Shown here piece by piece: positions 12,649 through 22,307 of a stretch of DNA of 46,862 nt (its first letter is position 1; each line of letters starts with the position of its first letter). The notes beneath the pieces are model-generated. The model was not told the origin of the DNA. It searched no databases and worked only from the letters and a program-made list of their open reading frames with translations. The DNA is taken from the NCBI GenBank assembly GCA_965660795.1, contig CBFIBF010000005.1, positions 1 through 46,862 on the forward strand, read 5' to 3'. Source of the DNA: Gammaproteobacteria bacterium (GTDB taxonomy: Bacteria; Pseudomonadota; Gammaproteobacteria; GCA-002705445; GCA-002716945). A program made the position numbers and the translations under genes.

Positions 12649-13319
12649 TGGGACAAAAAGTACATCCAACAGGTTTTAGACTAGGTATATCTACAGACTA
12701 TTCTTCTAAGTGGTACGCAAGCAGCAAGGACTACTCAAGTTATCTGCTCGAGGACTACAGAATACGCCAGTATCTAAAAAAAGAACTAGAAAGTGCATCT
12801 GTGAGTAAAATTGTAATTGAAAGACCTACTAAAGAAGTAGTGATCAATATCTATACCTCACGTCCAGGTATTGTTATTGGTAAGAAAGGCGAAGATATTG
12901 AAAAGTTTAGAAATAAAATAGCATCAATCCTTAAGACTGATAAAAATACAATCAAAATTAACGTAAAGGAGATAAAAAAGCCTGAACTTGATGCACAGTT
13001 AGTGGCTGAGGGAATCACTCAACAACTTGAGAGAAGAATTATGTATAGAAGAGCAATGAAGCGTGCAGTAACAAATACAATGAGGCTTGGCGCGCAAGGA
13101 ATAAAAGTTAATGTTGCTGGCAGATTAAACGGCGCCGAAATCGCCCGCAGTGAGTGGTATAGAGAAGGCAGAGTTCCTCTTCATACTCTTGATGCTGCAA
13201 TTGACTATGGTTTTGCAGAAGCTTTAACGACATATGGAATAATTGGCGTCAAAGTATGGATTTATTCTCAAGATGAGATATCAAGTGATAACAAAAGAAG
13301 TGCCACAAAGAGTAAATAA
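12648..13319 (+). CDS. rpsC: 30S ribosomal protein S3
   Basis: 223 aa. [15 protein letters not shown] domain, [23 protein letters not shown]. Confidence 0.98.
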   Translation: MGQKVHPTGFRLGISTDYSSKWYASSKDYSSYLLEDYRIRQYLKKELESASVSKIVIERPTKEVVINIYTSRPGIVIGKKGEDIEKFRNKIASILKTDKNTIKINVKEIKKPELDAQLVAEGITQQLERRIMYRRAMKRAVTNTMRLGAQGIKVNVAGRLNGAEIARSEWYREGRVPLHTLDAAIDYGFAEALTTYGIIGVKVWIYSQDEISSDNKRSATKSK

Positions 13320-13732
13320 TGTTACAACCAAAAAAAACAAAATATAGAAAGCAACAAAAAGGAAGACTTCGAGGTTTTGCTACATCCGGAGCCAAGGTAA
13401 GTTTTGGAGAATTTGGTTTAAAAGCAACAACTCGCGGAAGAGTGACTGCAAGACAAATTGAGGCTGCAAGAAGAGCCATGACGCGTTATATTAAGCGCGG
13501 TGGAAAAGTATGGATTAGAATATTTCCTGATGTACCGATTACTAAAAAACCTATTGAAGTCAGAATGGGTAAAGGAAAAGGTAATGTCGAATATTGGGTA
13601 TCTAAGATTCAACCAGGCAAAGTATTATATGAAATGGAAGGTGTATCTGAGGAAGTAGCAAGAGAAGCATTTAGACTTGCTGCTGCGAAATTGCCCATAC
13701 TAACAACCTTCGTAACAAGAACGGCTTTATGA
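13319..13732 (+). CDS. rplP: 50S ribosomal protein L16
   Basis: 137 aa. [16 protein letters not shown]...RMGKGKGN. Confidence 0.98.
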   Translation: MLQPKKTKYRKQQKGRLRGFATSGAKVSFGEFGLKATTRGRVTARQIEAARRAMTRYIKRGGKVWIRIFPDVPITKKPIEVRMGKGKGNVEYWVSKIQPGKVLYEMEGVSEEVAREAFRLAAAKLPILTTFVTRTAL

Positions 13733-13926
13733 TGAAGATTGAAGAATTAAGAAAAAAAAGCGAATTAGAATTGAAGCAAACATTAGATGAGCTTGCAAAG
13801 GAGAGATTTTCTCTTAGAATCAAACGTGGTTCTGGACTTAATCCTAAGCCGAATTTGTTTAGAGAAAATAAAATTAGCATAGCAAGAGTGAAAACAATTT
13901 TAAATGAGATAAAAAATGGAAAGTAG
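13729..13926 (+). CDS. rpmC: 50S ribosomal protein L29
   Basis: 65 aa. [22 protein letters not shown]. Conserved position. Confidence 0.95.
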   Translation: MMKIEELRKKSELELKQTLDELAKERFSLRIKRGSGLNPKPNLFRENKISIARVKTILNEIKNGK

Positions 13927-14152
13927 AACTAAAATCTTAAAGGCTAAAGTCTTGAAAACCGCTATGGATAAATCAGCGGTAGTAAGTGTAGAAAGACTTG
14001 TTAAACATCCTGTTAATGGTAAATATATTAAGAGATCTACCAAGTACCACATTCATGATGAGAATAACAAGTGCACAGTGGGAGAACAAGTAAGAATTAA
14101 ACAATGTAGACCACTATCAAAGTTAAAAACTTGGATATTAGTTGAGGAGTAA
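13916..14152 (+). CDS. rpsQ: 30S ribosomal protein S17
   Basis: 78 aa. [27 protein letters not shown]...CRPLSK.K.W. 11-nt overlap with rpmC. Confidence 0.96.
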   Translation: MESRTKILKAKVLKTAMDKSAVVSVERLVKHPVNGKYIKRSTKYHIHDENNKCTVGEQVRIKQCRPLSKLKTWILVEE

Positions 14153-14163
14153 AGGCAAGAGCT

Positions 14164-14532
14164 ATGATTCAAATGCAAACAATATTAAAGTCTGCTGATA
14201 ATAGCGGAGCTAGAAAGGTAATGTGTATCAAAGTTCTTGGTGGCTCTCATAGACGATTTGCTTCTGTTGGAGATGTTATCAAAGTTGCTGTCAAAGATGC
14301 GTTGCCAAAATCAAAAATTAAAAAAGGAGAAGTGTACAACGCTGTTATAGTTAGAACAAAAAAAGGAGTTAGAAGACCAGATGGGTCATTAATCAGATTT
14401 GATAGTAATGCTGTTGTTCTTTTAGATAACAAATTAGAGCCCATTGGAACAAGAATTTTTGGACCAGTAACACGCGAGCTAAGAGATTTAACATTTATGA
14501 AAATTATATCATTAGCGCCGGAGGTCCTATAA
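14164..14532 (+). CDS. rplN: 50S ribosomal protein L14
   Basis: 122 aa. [25 protein letters not shown]...ISLAPEVL. Confidence 0.98.
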   Translation: MIQMQTILKSADNSGARKVMCIKVLGGSHRRFASVGDVIKVAVKDALPKSKIKKGEVYNAVIVRTKKGVRRPDGSLIRFDSNAVVLLDNKLEPIGTRIFGPVTRELRDLTFMKIISLAPEVL

Positions 14533-14534
14533 AG

Positions 14535-14852
14535 ATGAACAAGATTAAAAAAGGTGACTCTGTAATTGTGATATCAGGTAAAGACAAAGGCAAAAAAGGA
14601 GAAGTGATTAGGTTACTAGAACATAACAAGTGCCTGGTCTCAGCCATTAACATGTCAAAGAAGCATACAAAGCCAAACCCAAACGCTGGTATCGAGGGCG
14701 GAATCATAGAAAAAGAAATGCCCATAGATTTATCAAACATAATGTTATTTAATCCAGTTACAAAAAAAGGAGACAGAGTCGGATTCAAAAAATTGGAATC
14801 TGGTAAAAAAGTTAGAATATATAAATCCAATAGGGAGGTCATAGATATTTAA
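14535..14852 (+). CDS. rplX: 50S ribosomal protein L24
   Basis: 105 aa. [22 protein letters not shown] (KOW motif). Confidence 0.97.
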   Translation: MNKIKKGDSVIVISGKDKGKKGEVIRLLEHNKCLVSAINMSKKHTKPNPNAGIEGGIIEKEMPIDLSNIMLFNPVTKKGDRVGFKKLESGKKVRIYKSNREVIDI

Positions 14853-15388
14853 TGAATACCTATAAAGAATATTATAAAGAGAATATTGTCCCTGCATTGA
14901 TGGAAAGATTTAAATTCAAATCAAATATGGAGGCTCCTCGTTTAATTAAGATAACCCTGAATATGGGTCTCGGATCAGCTATAGCTGATAAAAAAATTCT
15001 TGAAAAAGCACAAGAAGAATTAACTCAAATAGCCGGACAAAAAGCAGTGCTAACATATGCGAAAAAATCAATTGCGAACTTTAAATTAAGAGAAGGCATG
15101 CCTATAGGCTGTAAAGTGACACTAAGAGGTCAAATGATGTATGATTTTTTTGAAAAACTTATAAAAATATCACTACCAAGAACAAGAGACTTTCGAGGTT
15201 ACAGTAACAAATCTTTTGATGGTCGAGGCAACTATACGTTAGGAATAAAAGAGCATATTATTTTTCCTGAAATTGATTTCGATAAAATCGATAAGATAAA
15301 AGGATTAGATATCTGTATAACAACAAGCGCAAAAAATAATGAGGAGGCTATGGAATTGTTTAAGCAGTTTAACTTTCCATTTAAGTAA
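14852..15388 (+). CDS. rplE: 50S ribosomal protein L5
   Basis: 178 aa. [13 protein letters not shown]...[28 protein letters not shown]. Confidence 0.98.
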   Translation: MNTYKEYYKENIVPALMERFKFKSNMEAPRLIKITLNMGLGSAIADKKILEKAQEELTQIAGQKAVLTYAKKSIANFKLREGMPIGCKVTLRGQMMYDFFEKLIKISLPRTRDFRGYSNKSFDGRGNYTLGIKEHIIFPEIDFDKIDKIKGLDICITTSAKNNEEAMELFKQFNFPFK

Positions 15389-15389
15389 T

Positions 15390-15695
15390 ATGGCTAAATT
15401 ATCAATGATAGAAAGAGAGAAGAAAAGAGAAAGACTTAATAACAAGTATCAGTCAAAAATTAAAATGATTAAGGAAAAGCTTAAAGATACAAAAACTTCT
15501 GACGAAGAAATAATAGAGTTAAGAAAGAAATTACAAAAGATACCTCTAAATGCTTTGGCGGTTAGAAAAAGAAACAGGTGTGCTTTGACCGGTAGACCAA
15601 GAGGAGTATATAGAAAGTTTACACTTGGAAGAACCAAGTTGAGAGAAATGGCAATGTCAGGTTTGATTCCTGGTTTAACTAAAGCGAGCTGGTAA
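15390..15695 (+). CDS. rpsN: 30S ribosomal protein S14 (long, non-zinc form)
   Basis: 101 aa from the ATG at 15390 ([13 protein letters not shown]...GLTKASW). The track ORF start at 15339 would overlap rplE by 50 nt and add a non-homologous N-terminus. Confidence 0.95.
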   Translation: MAKLSMIEREKKRERLNNKYQSKIKMIKEKLKDTKTSDEEIIELRKKLQKIPLNALAVRKRNRCALTGRPRGVYRKFTLGRTKLREMAMSGLIPGLTKASW

Positions 15696-15699
15696 AACT

Positions 15700-16092
15700 A
15701 TGAGTATGAACGATACAATATCCGATTTACTTACAAGAATTAGGAATGGACAGATGTCTAACAAAAAAGAAGTGTCTATTCCATTTTCTAAAATGAAAGA
15801 AGCTATCTGCAAAGTATTGCATGACGAGGGATACATAACCAGTTTTAGAATTGAAGACAGCAAAATTAAAAATATAATTGTCGAATTAAAATATTTTGAG
15901 GGCAAACCGGTTATTGACTTTATAAAAAGAATAAGCCGACCTGGTTTAAGAATATACAAGTCCTGTAATGAAATACCGCTTGTTAAAAACGGTTTAGGCA
16001 TATGCATTGTGTCGACATCTCAAGGTCTTATGACTGGTAAAACAGCAAAAGAAAAGAATTGTGGAGGGGAGATAATCTGTTACGTCTCTTAG
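15700..16092 (+). CDS. rpsH: 30S ribosomal protein S8
   Basis: 130 aa. MSMNDTISDLLTRIRNGQ. Confidence 0.98.
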   Translation: MSMNDTISDLLTRIRNGQMSNKKEVSIPFSKMKEAICKVLHDEGYITSFRIEDSKIKNIIVELKYFEGKPVIDFIKRISRPGLRIYKSCNEIPLVKNGLGICIVSTSQGLMTGKTAKEKNCGGEIICYVS

Positions 16093-16096
16093 TAAT

Positions 16097-16621
16097 ATGT
16101 CAAAGATAGCAAGTAAACCAATAGAGCTCTCATCTGATATTAAGTTTAACATTGTAGATAATCTTGTCTCAGTTGAAGGGCCTAGAGGTAAATTAGAGTT
16201 CATTAAAACTCCAGATGTCAATATTGAGCAAACTGACAACATGATTAAAGTTAGTACAAATTCAAGCTCAACTGCAATGAGCGGAACAACTAGAGCACTA
16301 CTTTTCAATATGATCAATGGAGTATCTAAAGGCTGGGAGAAAAAATTAAATTTAGTTGGAGTTGGTTATAGGGCTAAAGCTGATAAAAATAAAGTTGAAT
16401 TGATTGTTGGCTTCTCTCACCCAGTTAATTTCGTTATTCCAGAGGGAATTACAATTGAGACTCCAAGTCAAACAGAAATAGTAATATCTGGAGTAGATAA
16501 ACAAAAAGTTGGGCAAGTTGCAGCAGATATAAGATCAGTTAGACCGCCCGAGCCGTATAAAGGAAAGGGTATTAAATATTCTGATGAACACATAGTCAAA
16601 AAAGAGGCTAAGAAAAAATAA
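16097..16621 (+). CDS. rplF: 50S ribosomal protein L6
   Basis: 174 aa. L6 repeats, RPPEPYKGKGIKY. Confidence 0.97.
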   Translation: MSKIASKPIELSSDIKFNIVDNLVSVEGPRGKLEFIKTPDVNIEQTDNMIKVSTNSSSTAMSGTTRALLFNMINGVSKGWEKKLNLVGVGYRAKADKNKVELIVGFSHPVNFVIPEGITIETPSQTEIVISGVDKQKVGQVAADIRSVRPPEPYKGKGIKYSDEHIVKKEAKKK

Positions 16622-16980
16622 TGAAACTTAATATAAAAAATAAAAATAATCCTAGATTAAGACGAGCTAGTAAAACAAGATCAAAAATCGCTGACTCTAA
16701 TAACCATAGAATATCTGTCCATAGATCTGTTCAACATTTATACTTGCAGTTGATTTCACCTACTGGTGACAAAGTGTTAACTACTATTTCAACTAACCAA
16801 AAAGGAAATAAATCAAAAAACAATAATATAGAGAGCGCAAAAGGCATCGGTATGAAAATGGCTGAATTTATTAAAAAAGCCAAGATAACTAATGTAGCAT
16901 TTGATCGTTCAGGCTACAAATACCACGGAAAAGTTAAAGCAGCTGCTGAAGCACTCAGAGAAAATGGAGTAAATATATAA
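16621..16980 (+). CDS. rplR: 50S ribosomal protein L18
   Basis: 119 aa. RLRRASKTR...ISVHRS.QH.Y.QLISP...[22 protein letters not shown]. Confidence 0.97.
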   Translation: MKLNIKNKNNPRLRRASKTRSKIADSNNHRISVHRSVQHLYLQLISPTGDKVLTTISTNQKGNKSKNNNIESAKGIGMKMAEFIKKAKITNVAFDRSGYKYHGKVKAAAEALRENGVNI

Positions 16981-17471
16981 TGGCATCAGAAGAGAGAAAT
17001 TCAGACTATATTGAAAAATTAGTTGCTATAAATCGAGTTGCCAAAGTCGTTAAAGGCGGTAGACAGTTTGGTTTTACAGCATTGACTGTAGTAGGTGACG
17101 GTCATGGGAGAGTTGGATATGGATATGGTAAGGCTAAAGAAGTGCCAATAGCAATTCAAAAGGCAATGGAAAAAGCAAAAAAAAGTATGGTTTCTGTTTC
17201 ACTTAAAAATGGAACACTCCATCATGAAGTTACTTTTGAACATGGTTCAGCTAAAATTTTCATGAAACCAGCGGGCGAAGGTACAGGTGTAATAGCAGGC
17301 GGGGCAATGCGTGCTGTATTTGAAGCAACAGGTGTACATAACGTCTTAGCTAAAAGCATAGGTTCAACAAATCCTATAAATGTGGTGAAAGCAACTGTGA
17401 AAGGACTTGAGTCAATGTACTATCCTGCACAGGTTGCTTTGAAACGAGGGAAAAAAACCAGCGAATTATAG
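16980..17471 (+). CDS. rpsE: 30S ribosomal protein S5
   Basis: 163 aa. [39 protein letters not shown]. Confidence 0.98.
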   Translation: MASEERNSDYIEKLVAINRVAKVVKGGRQFGFTALTVVGDGHGRVGYGYGKAKEVPIAIQKAMEKAKKSMVSVSLKNGTLHHEVTFEHGSAKIFMKPAGEGTGVIAGGAMRAVFEATGVHNVLAKSIGSTNPINVVKATVKGLESMYYPAQVALKRGKKTSEL

Positions 17472-17482
17472 ACGGTAGAGAT

Positions 17483-17668
17483 ATGAGTAAAATTAGAATT
17501 TCACAAAAATTGAGTCTTATAGGGAAAACTAAAAAACAGATTGCCTGCGTGAAAGGTTTAGGTTTAAGAAAAATTAGAGACACAAGGGTTATTGAAAATA
17601 CACCAGAAAATCTTGGAATGATAAACGTAGTAAGACACATGATTAACGTTGAAAATATTGATGAGTAG
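17483..17668 (+). CDS. rpmD: 50S ribosomal protein L30
   Basis: 61 aa. L30-like (K..QI...KGLGLRKI) at the conserved position between rpsE and rplO. Confidence 0.93.
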   Translation: MSKIRISQKLSLIGKTKKQIACVKGLGLRKIRDTRVIENTPENLGMINVVRHMINVENIDE

Positions 17669-17672
17669 AATA

Positions 17673-18080
17673 ATGCTTAATGAAATTAGATTAAATAAAG
17701 AGTCAAAACATAGTAAAAAACGAGTAGGCCGAGGCATTGCATCTGGCACCGGCAAAACATGTGGTCGTGGTCACAAAGGTCAAAAATCTAGAACAGGAGG
17801 AAAAGTCCAGGTTGGTTTCGAGGGTGGACAAATGCCTTTACAAAGAAGATTACCTAAAGTCGGTTTTACATCCAAAAAAAATACTAACACTGCAGAATTA
17901 AAGTACGATTATCTAGATAAAATAAAGGAATCTGAAATTACTCTTGAATTATTAAAGAAATATAAACTTGTTAATAATAAAATTACCAAAGTTAAGATAA
18001 TTGGTCCTGTATCTGTGAAAACAAAAAAGAAACTAATTGATGTTGTTGCAACAAAATCAGTTATGGAGTTTATTAAATAA
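17673..18080 (+). CDS. rplO: 50S ribosomal protein L15
   Basis: 135 aa from the ATG at 17673 ([40 protein letters not shown]). This start matches the E. coli L15 N-terminal length. The track start (TTG 17649) overlaps rpmD. Confidence 0.94.
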   Translation: MLNEIRLNKESKHSKKRVGRGIASGTGKTCGRGHKGQKSRTGGKVQVGFEGGQMPLQRRLPKVGFTSKKNTNTAELKYDYLDKIKESEITLELLKKYKLVNNKITKVKIIGPVSVKTKKKLIDVVATKSVMEFIK

Positions 18081-19429
18081 TGTCAAGAACAGCACCAAAC
18101 ATGCCGTCAAATTTTGGAGGTCTAACAAAATCCTCTGAACTTAGACAAAGAATTTTCTTTGTTATTTTCGCCCTGGTAGTTTTTAGATTAGGAAGCTTCA
18201 TTACTCTTCCTGGGATAGACCCAGCAGTTATGAGCTTTCTTTTTGAACAACAAAGAGGCAGCATTCTTGACATGTTTAATATGTTTTCTGGTGGCTCTCT
18301 ATCTAGAATGTCTATCTTTGCTCTTGGTGTTATGCCATATATTTCTGCATCAATCATCATACAAATGATGACACATATCTATGCCCCTTTAATACAGCTA
18401 AGAAAAGAGGGAGAGAGAGGTAGGAAAACAATAACAAAATATACAAGATACTTTACCCTTATACTGGCTTTACTACAGTCGATGGGCGTGATGAATGCTT
18501 TAATGAATCAAAATACCTCAACTACAACACTCGTTCTTGATCCAGGTGTTGGATTTTTTATCACCGGTGTTGTTACACTCGTGACAGGTACCATGTTCCT
18601 GATTTGGCTGGGTGAGCAAATTACTGAACGAGGTGTAGGAAACGGTATCTCAATAATAATTTTCGCAGGTATTGTAGCAGGTTTACCATCTGCGATTGGA
18701 GGTACAATTGAACTTGCAAGAAATGGAGAAATCCAAAACTTTAGCGTGATTTTGATTTTCCTATTAGCAATTATAATTACCGCATTTGTAGTCTACGTTG
18801 AAAGAGGTCAAAGAAAAATTCCTATAAACTACGCAAGAAAAATGCAAGGTAGAAAAATGTATGCTGCGCAAAGTAGTTTTCTACCCCTAAAGCTAAATAT
18901 GGCAGGTGTGATACCACCTATTTTCGCCTCTGCAATAATTTTATTTCCAGCTACAATCGCAAGCTGGTCAAGTTCAGGTTCACCCGATAGCATCGTGCAA
19001 AAAATTGCTATGACATTGTCACCCGGACAACCACCATATATTATGTTATATGCACTAGCTATTATATTTTTCTGTTTTTTTTATACTGCATTAGTCTTTA
19101 ATCCAAAAGAAACAGCTGACAACCTAAAAAAATCTGGTGCATTCATACCTGGAATTAGACCGGGAGATCAGACTGCAAAATATATTGATGGTATTACTAC
19201 CAAGCTAACAACAGTTGGCGCTATGTACATAACTGCAGTTTGTTTGCTTCCTGAATTCTTAATCTTATATTTTAACGTTCCATTTTATTTTGGAGGAACA
19301 TCTTTATTGATTGTGGTGGTTGTCGTGATGGATTTAATGGCCCAAGTTCAATCACACTTGTTATCACAACAGTATGAGGGAATGATGAAAAAAGCAAACC
19401 TAAGAGGAATTGGCGGAGGAATGCGATGA
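18080..19429 (+). CDS. secY: Preprotein translocase subunit SecY
   Basis: 449 aa, polytopic. [30 protein letters not shown], close to E. coli SecY. Confidence 0.98.
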   Translation: MSRTAPNMPSNFGGLTKSSELRQRIFFVIFALVVFRLGSFITLPGIDPAVMSFLFEQQRGSILDMFNMFSGGSLSRMSIFALGVMPYISASIIIQMMTHIYAPLIQLRKEGERGRKTITKYTRYFTLILALLQSMGVMNALMNQNTSTTTLVLDPGVGFFITGVVTLVTGTMFLIWLGEQITERGVGNGISIIIFAGIVAGLPSAIGGTIELARNGEIQNFSVILIFLLAIIITAFVVYVERGQRKIPINYARKMQGRKMYAAQSSFLPLKLNMAGVIPPIFASAIILFPATIASWSSSGSPDSIVQKIAMTLSPGQPPYIMLYALAIIFFCFFYTALVFNPKETADNLKKSGAFIPGIRPGDQTAKYIDGITTKLTTVGAMYITAVCLLPEFLILYFNVPFYFGGTSLLIVVVVVMDLMAQVQSHLLSQQYEGMMKKANLRGIGGGMR

Positions 19430-19539
19430 AAGTAAGAGCTTCAGTGAAAAAATTATGCAGAAACTGTAGAATTATTAGAAGAAATCGAGTGGTTAGAGTT
19501 ATTTGTAAGGACCCCAGACACAAACAAAGACAAGGATAA
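19426..19539 (+). CDS. rpmJ: 50S ribosomal protein L36 (not in the ORF track, below its size cut-off)
   Basis: My own translation gives [37 protein letters not shown] (37 aa) with CxxC...C...H zinc ligands. The ATG overlaps the secY TGA (ATGA). Canonical position after secY. Confidence 0.93.
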   Translation: MKVRASVKKLCRNCRIIRRNRVVRVICKDPRHKQRQG

Positions 19540-19547
19540 GATAACGG

Positions 19548-19576
19548 TTGTATTAAGGATAAATGATATATAGAAT
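19548..19576 (+). promoter_or_regulatory. Putative promoter of the alpha cluster (TTGTAT-17 nt-TAGAAT)
   Basis: TTGTAT at 19548-19553, 17-nt spacer, TAGAAT at 19571-19576, in the 55-nt rpmJ-rpsM gap. It uses the same -10 hexamer as the str and rubrerythrin promoters. Confidence 0.45.
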
Positions 19577-19594
19577 CTACGAGCAAGGATACAT

Positions 19595-19954
19595 ATGGCA
19601 AGAATAGCAGGAATAAATCTACCAAATAACAAACATATATGGATAGCTCTTACTTCCGTATATGGAATTGGTGATACTAGAGCAAAATATATATGCGAGA
19701 AAGTAGGGATACTGGCAACTAAGAAAGTTAAAGATTTAGAAGAAAAAGACCTTGAAAGTATTAGAAAGTTTATTGATGAATATCAACTAGAGGGGGATTT
19801 AAGGCGAGAAAATTCAATGAATATAAAACGCCTTATGGACATTGGTTCTTTCAGAGGCATAAGACATAGAAAAGGTCTTCCTTTAAGAGGCCAAAAAACA
19901 AAGAACAATAGCAGGACGCGTAAAGGTCCAAGAAAATTACTTAAAGCTAAATAA
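19595..19954 (+). CDS. rpsM: 30S ribosomal protein S13
   Basis: 119 aa. [22 protein letters not shown]. Confidence 0.98.
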   Translation: MARIAGINLPNNKHIWIALTSVYGIGDTRAKYICEKVGILATKKVKDLEEKDLESIRKFIDEYQLEGDLRRENSMNIKRLMDIGSFRGIRHRKGLPLRGQKTKNNSRTRKGPRKLLKAK

Positions 19955-20337
19955 TGGTAGATAAATCTAAAAAGAAAAAGACTAAAAAAATTGTAACAGA
20001 TGGTGTTGCTCATATAAATGCATCTTTCAACAATACGATAGTTACTATAACTGATAAGCAAGGCAATACACTCGCTTGGGCAACCTCAGGAGGCTCTGGA
20101 TTTAGAGGTTCCAGAAAAAGCACACCATTTGCGGCTCAAATTGCTGCTGAGAAAGCTGGTCAGAAAGCTACTGTATTTGGATTAAAAAACTTAGAGGTTC
20201 TTGTAAAAGGACCAGGTCCAGGAAGAGACTCTGCTGTGAGAGCTTTAAATAATGCTGGATATAAAATCACTAATATCAAAGACATTACTCCATTGCCTCA
20301 CAATGGTTGCAGACCACCTAAGAAAAGGAGAGTTTGA
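19954..20337 (+). CDS. rpsK: 30S ribosomal protein S11
   Basis: 127 aa. [21 protein letters not shown]...[13 protein letters not shown]. Confidence 0.98.
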   Translation: MVDKSKKKKTKKIVTDGVAHINASFNNTIVTITDKQGNTLAWATSGGSGFRGSRKSTPFAAQIAAEKAGQKATVFGLKNLEVLVKGPGPGRDSAVRALNNAGYKITNIKDITPLPHNGCRPPKKRRV

Positions 20338-20957
20338 TGGCTAAATACACTGGATCAAAATGTAAGCTAATGAGGAGAGAAGGTACAGATCTATTTCTTA
20401 AATCAGGATCTAGAGCACTTGATACAAAATGTAATATAGACAGAAAACCTGGAATTGTTGGTGAAAGAAGAGAAAAACTATCAGACTATGCCCTTCAATT
20501 AAGAGAGAAGCAAAAAGTTAAAAGATTATACGGAGTATTAGAAAAACAATTCAGAAACTATTATAAAAAATCTGCAAGTAAAAAAGGATCAACTGGTGAG
20601 AATTTACTAACTTTTTTAGAATCAAGATTAGATAATGTTGTATATAGATCTGGATTTGGATCAACAAGAGCAGAATCAAGACAATTAGTAAATCATAAGA
20701 ATATTGAAGTAAATGGAAACATAATAAACATTCCTTCATATCAAGTTCAAGCAACAGATAAGATATCTGTCAGAGATAAATCAAAACAACAATCTCGAAT
20801 ACAGTTTGCTATGTCTGTAGCAGAAACTAGAAACACAAGTGATTGGATAGATGTAGATGCAAAGAATCTTACAGCCACATACTTAAGGACCCCAGAGAGA
20901 TCAGAACTTCCAAAAGAAATTAATGAATCATTAATCGTAGAATTATACTCAAAATAG
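20337..20957 (+). CDS. rpsD: 30S ribosomal protein S4
   Basis: 206 aa from the ATG at 20337 ([24 protein letters not shown]...LIVELYSK). That ATG shares one nt with the rpsK TGA. The track start (TTG 20334) is one codon upstream. Confidence 0.97.
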   Translation: MAKYTGSKCKLMRREGTDLFLKSGSRALDTKCNIDRKPGIVGERREKLSDYALQLREKQKVKRLYGVLEKQFRNYYKKSASKKGSTGENLLTFLESRLDNVVYRSGFGSTRAESRQLVNHKNIEVNGNIINIPSYQVQATDKISVRDKSKQQSRIQFAMSVAETRNTSDWIDVDAKNLTATYLRTPERSELPKEINESLIVELYSK

Positions 20958-20967
20958 CAGGTAACAC

Positions 20968-21951
20968 ATGAACGAAATAATATTTTTAAAGCCAAACTTA
21001 GTTGATATAGAGATGATTTCCGAATCAAAATCTAAGATTGTAATCCAACCCTTAGAAAGAGGTTTTGGACACACGCTGGGCAATGCTCTTAGAAGAGTTT
21101 TATTATCATCTATGCCTGGGAGCGCTGTTACTGAAGTATCAATAAATAATATACTCCATGAATATAGCACTATCGATGGTGTTCAAGAAGATGTACTAGA
21201 AATAATCTTAAATATCAAAAAACTTGCACTGGTTTTGTATGAAAAAGATACAATTGAAGTTGTGCTTAGAAAAAAAGGCAAAGGACCAGTTCTTGCTTCT
21301 GATATAGAAACTCATCCAAATCTAGAGATTAAGAATCCAGATTTTTGTATTGCAAATATAACTAATGATAATATCGAGTTAGCAGTTAGCTTAACTATCT
21401 CTAGAGGTAAAGGTTACCAACCAGCTATCAAGAGAAAATTCAACGAATTAGAAGATTTGGGCATAGGTAAAATGCAAGTAGATGCGTCCTTTACACCTGT
21501 AAATAAAGTTTCCTATTCTGTAGATAATGCCAGAGTGAAGCAAAAAGCAGATTTAGATAAATTAATAATCGAGCTTGAAACTAATGGAACAATTGAACCG
21601 GAGGATGCAATTAGAACAGCAGGTAAAATTTTAAGAGAACAAATGGAAGTGTTTAGTCATTTAGAAGTTAAGAATGATACACAAGATATAGTTGATGAGA
21701 ATCATATAGACCCTGTACTACTAAGACCTGTAGATGATTTAGAATTAACAGTGAGGTCAGCAAACTGTCTTAAAGCTGAAAATATTCACTATATTGGTGA
21801 CTTAGTCCAAAGAAGTGAAAATGAATTGCTTAAGACACCCAACCTTGGGAAGAAATCATTAACTGAAATAAAAGATGTACTTTCTACACATAGTTTGTCT
21901 CTGGGACAAGTTATTGAGGATTGGCCACCAAAGAGCATTGAAAAAAGATAA
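20968..21951 (+). CDS. rpoA: DNA-directed RNA polymerase alpha subunit
   Basis: 327 aa. [25 protein letters not shown]-terminal domain: [23 protein letters not shown]. Confidence 0.98.
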   Translation: MNEIIFLKPNLVDIEMISESKSKIVIQPLERGFGHTLGNALRRVLLSSMPGSAVTEVSINNILHEYSTIDGVQEDVLEIILNIKKLALVLYEKDTIEVVLRKKGKGPVLASDIETHPNLEIKNPDFCIANITNDNIELAVSLTISRGKGYQPAIKRKFNELEDLGIGKMQVDASFTPVNKVSYSVDNARVKQKADLDKLIIELETNGTIEPEDAIRTAGKILREQMEVFSHLEVKNDTQDIVDENHIDPVLLRPVDDLELTVRSANCLKAENIHYIGDLVQRSENELLKTPNLGKKSLTEIKDVLSTHSLSLGQVIEDWPPKSIEKR

Positions 21952-22304
21952 TGAGACATAAGAAATCAGGCAGACAATTAAATAGAAATTCATCACATAG
22001 AAAAGCTATGTTTAGAAATATGGCTATATCACTATTTGAGCATGAGCATATTGAAACTTCACTAGCAAAAGCAAAAGAACTAAGAAGAACAGCAGAACCT
22101 CTAATAACGCTTGCTAAAAATGATACTTTAATGAGACGTAGATTGGCATACTCCAGATTAGGAAATAAGAATGCTGTAAAAAAACTTTTTGAAGTACTCG
22201 GCCCTAGATTTAAAAGTAGACCTGGCGGCTATATGAGAATTCTAAAAAAAGGCCATAAATTGGGTGATGCTTCACCTATAGCATATGTTCTTTTAACTGA
22301 GTAA
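21951..22304 (+). CDS. rplQ: 50S ribosomal protein L17
   Basis: 117 aa. [24 protein letters not shown]. Confidence 0.98.
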   Translation: MRHKKSGRQLNRNSSHRKAMFRNMAISLFEHEHIETSLAKAKELRRTAEPLITLAKNDTLMRRRLAYSRLGNKNAVKKLFEVLGPRFKSRPGGYMRILKKGHKLGDASPIAYVLLTE

Positions 22305-22307
22305 ATA

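Noticed and set aside
15339-15389. N-terminal extension of rpsN in the ORF track (start at 15339). Likewise the TTG 17649 start for rplO, TTG 20334 for rpsD and TTG 43844 for the YhdP-like gene.
   Set aside because: The extensions overlap the upstream genes and add residues absent from homologues. Internal ATGs at 15390, 17673, 20337 and 43850 give canonical N-termini.
19272-19625. 117-aa minus-strand ORF spanning the secY end, rpmJ and the rpsM start.
   Set aside because: It overlaps three conserved plus-strand genes, including the clear L36 coding sequence. The translation is not protein-like.
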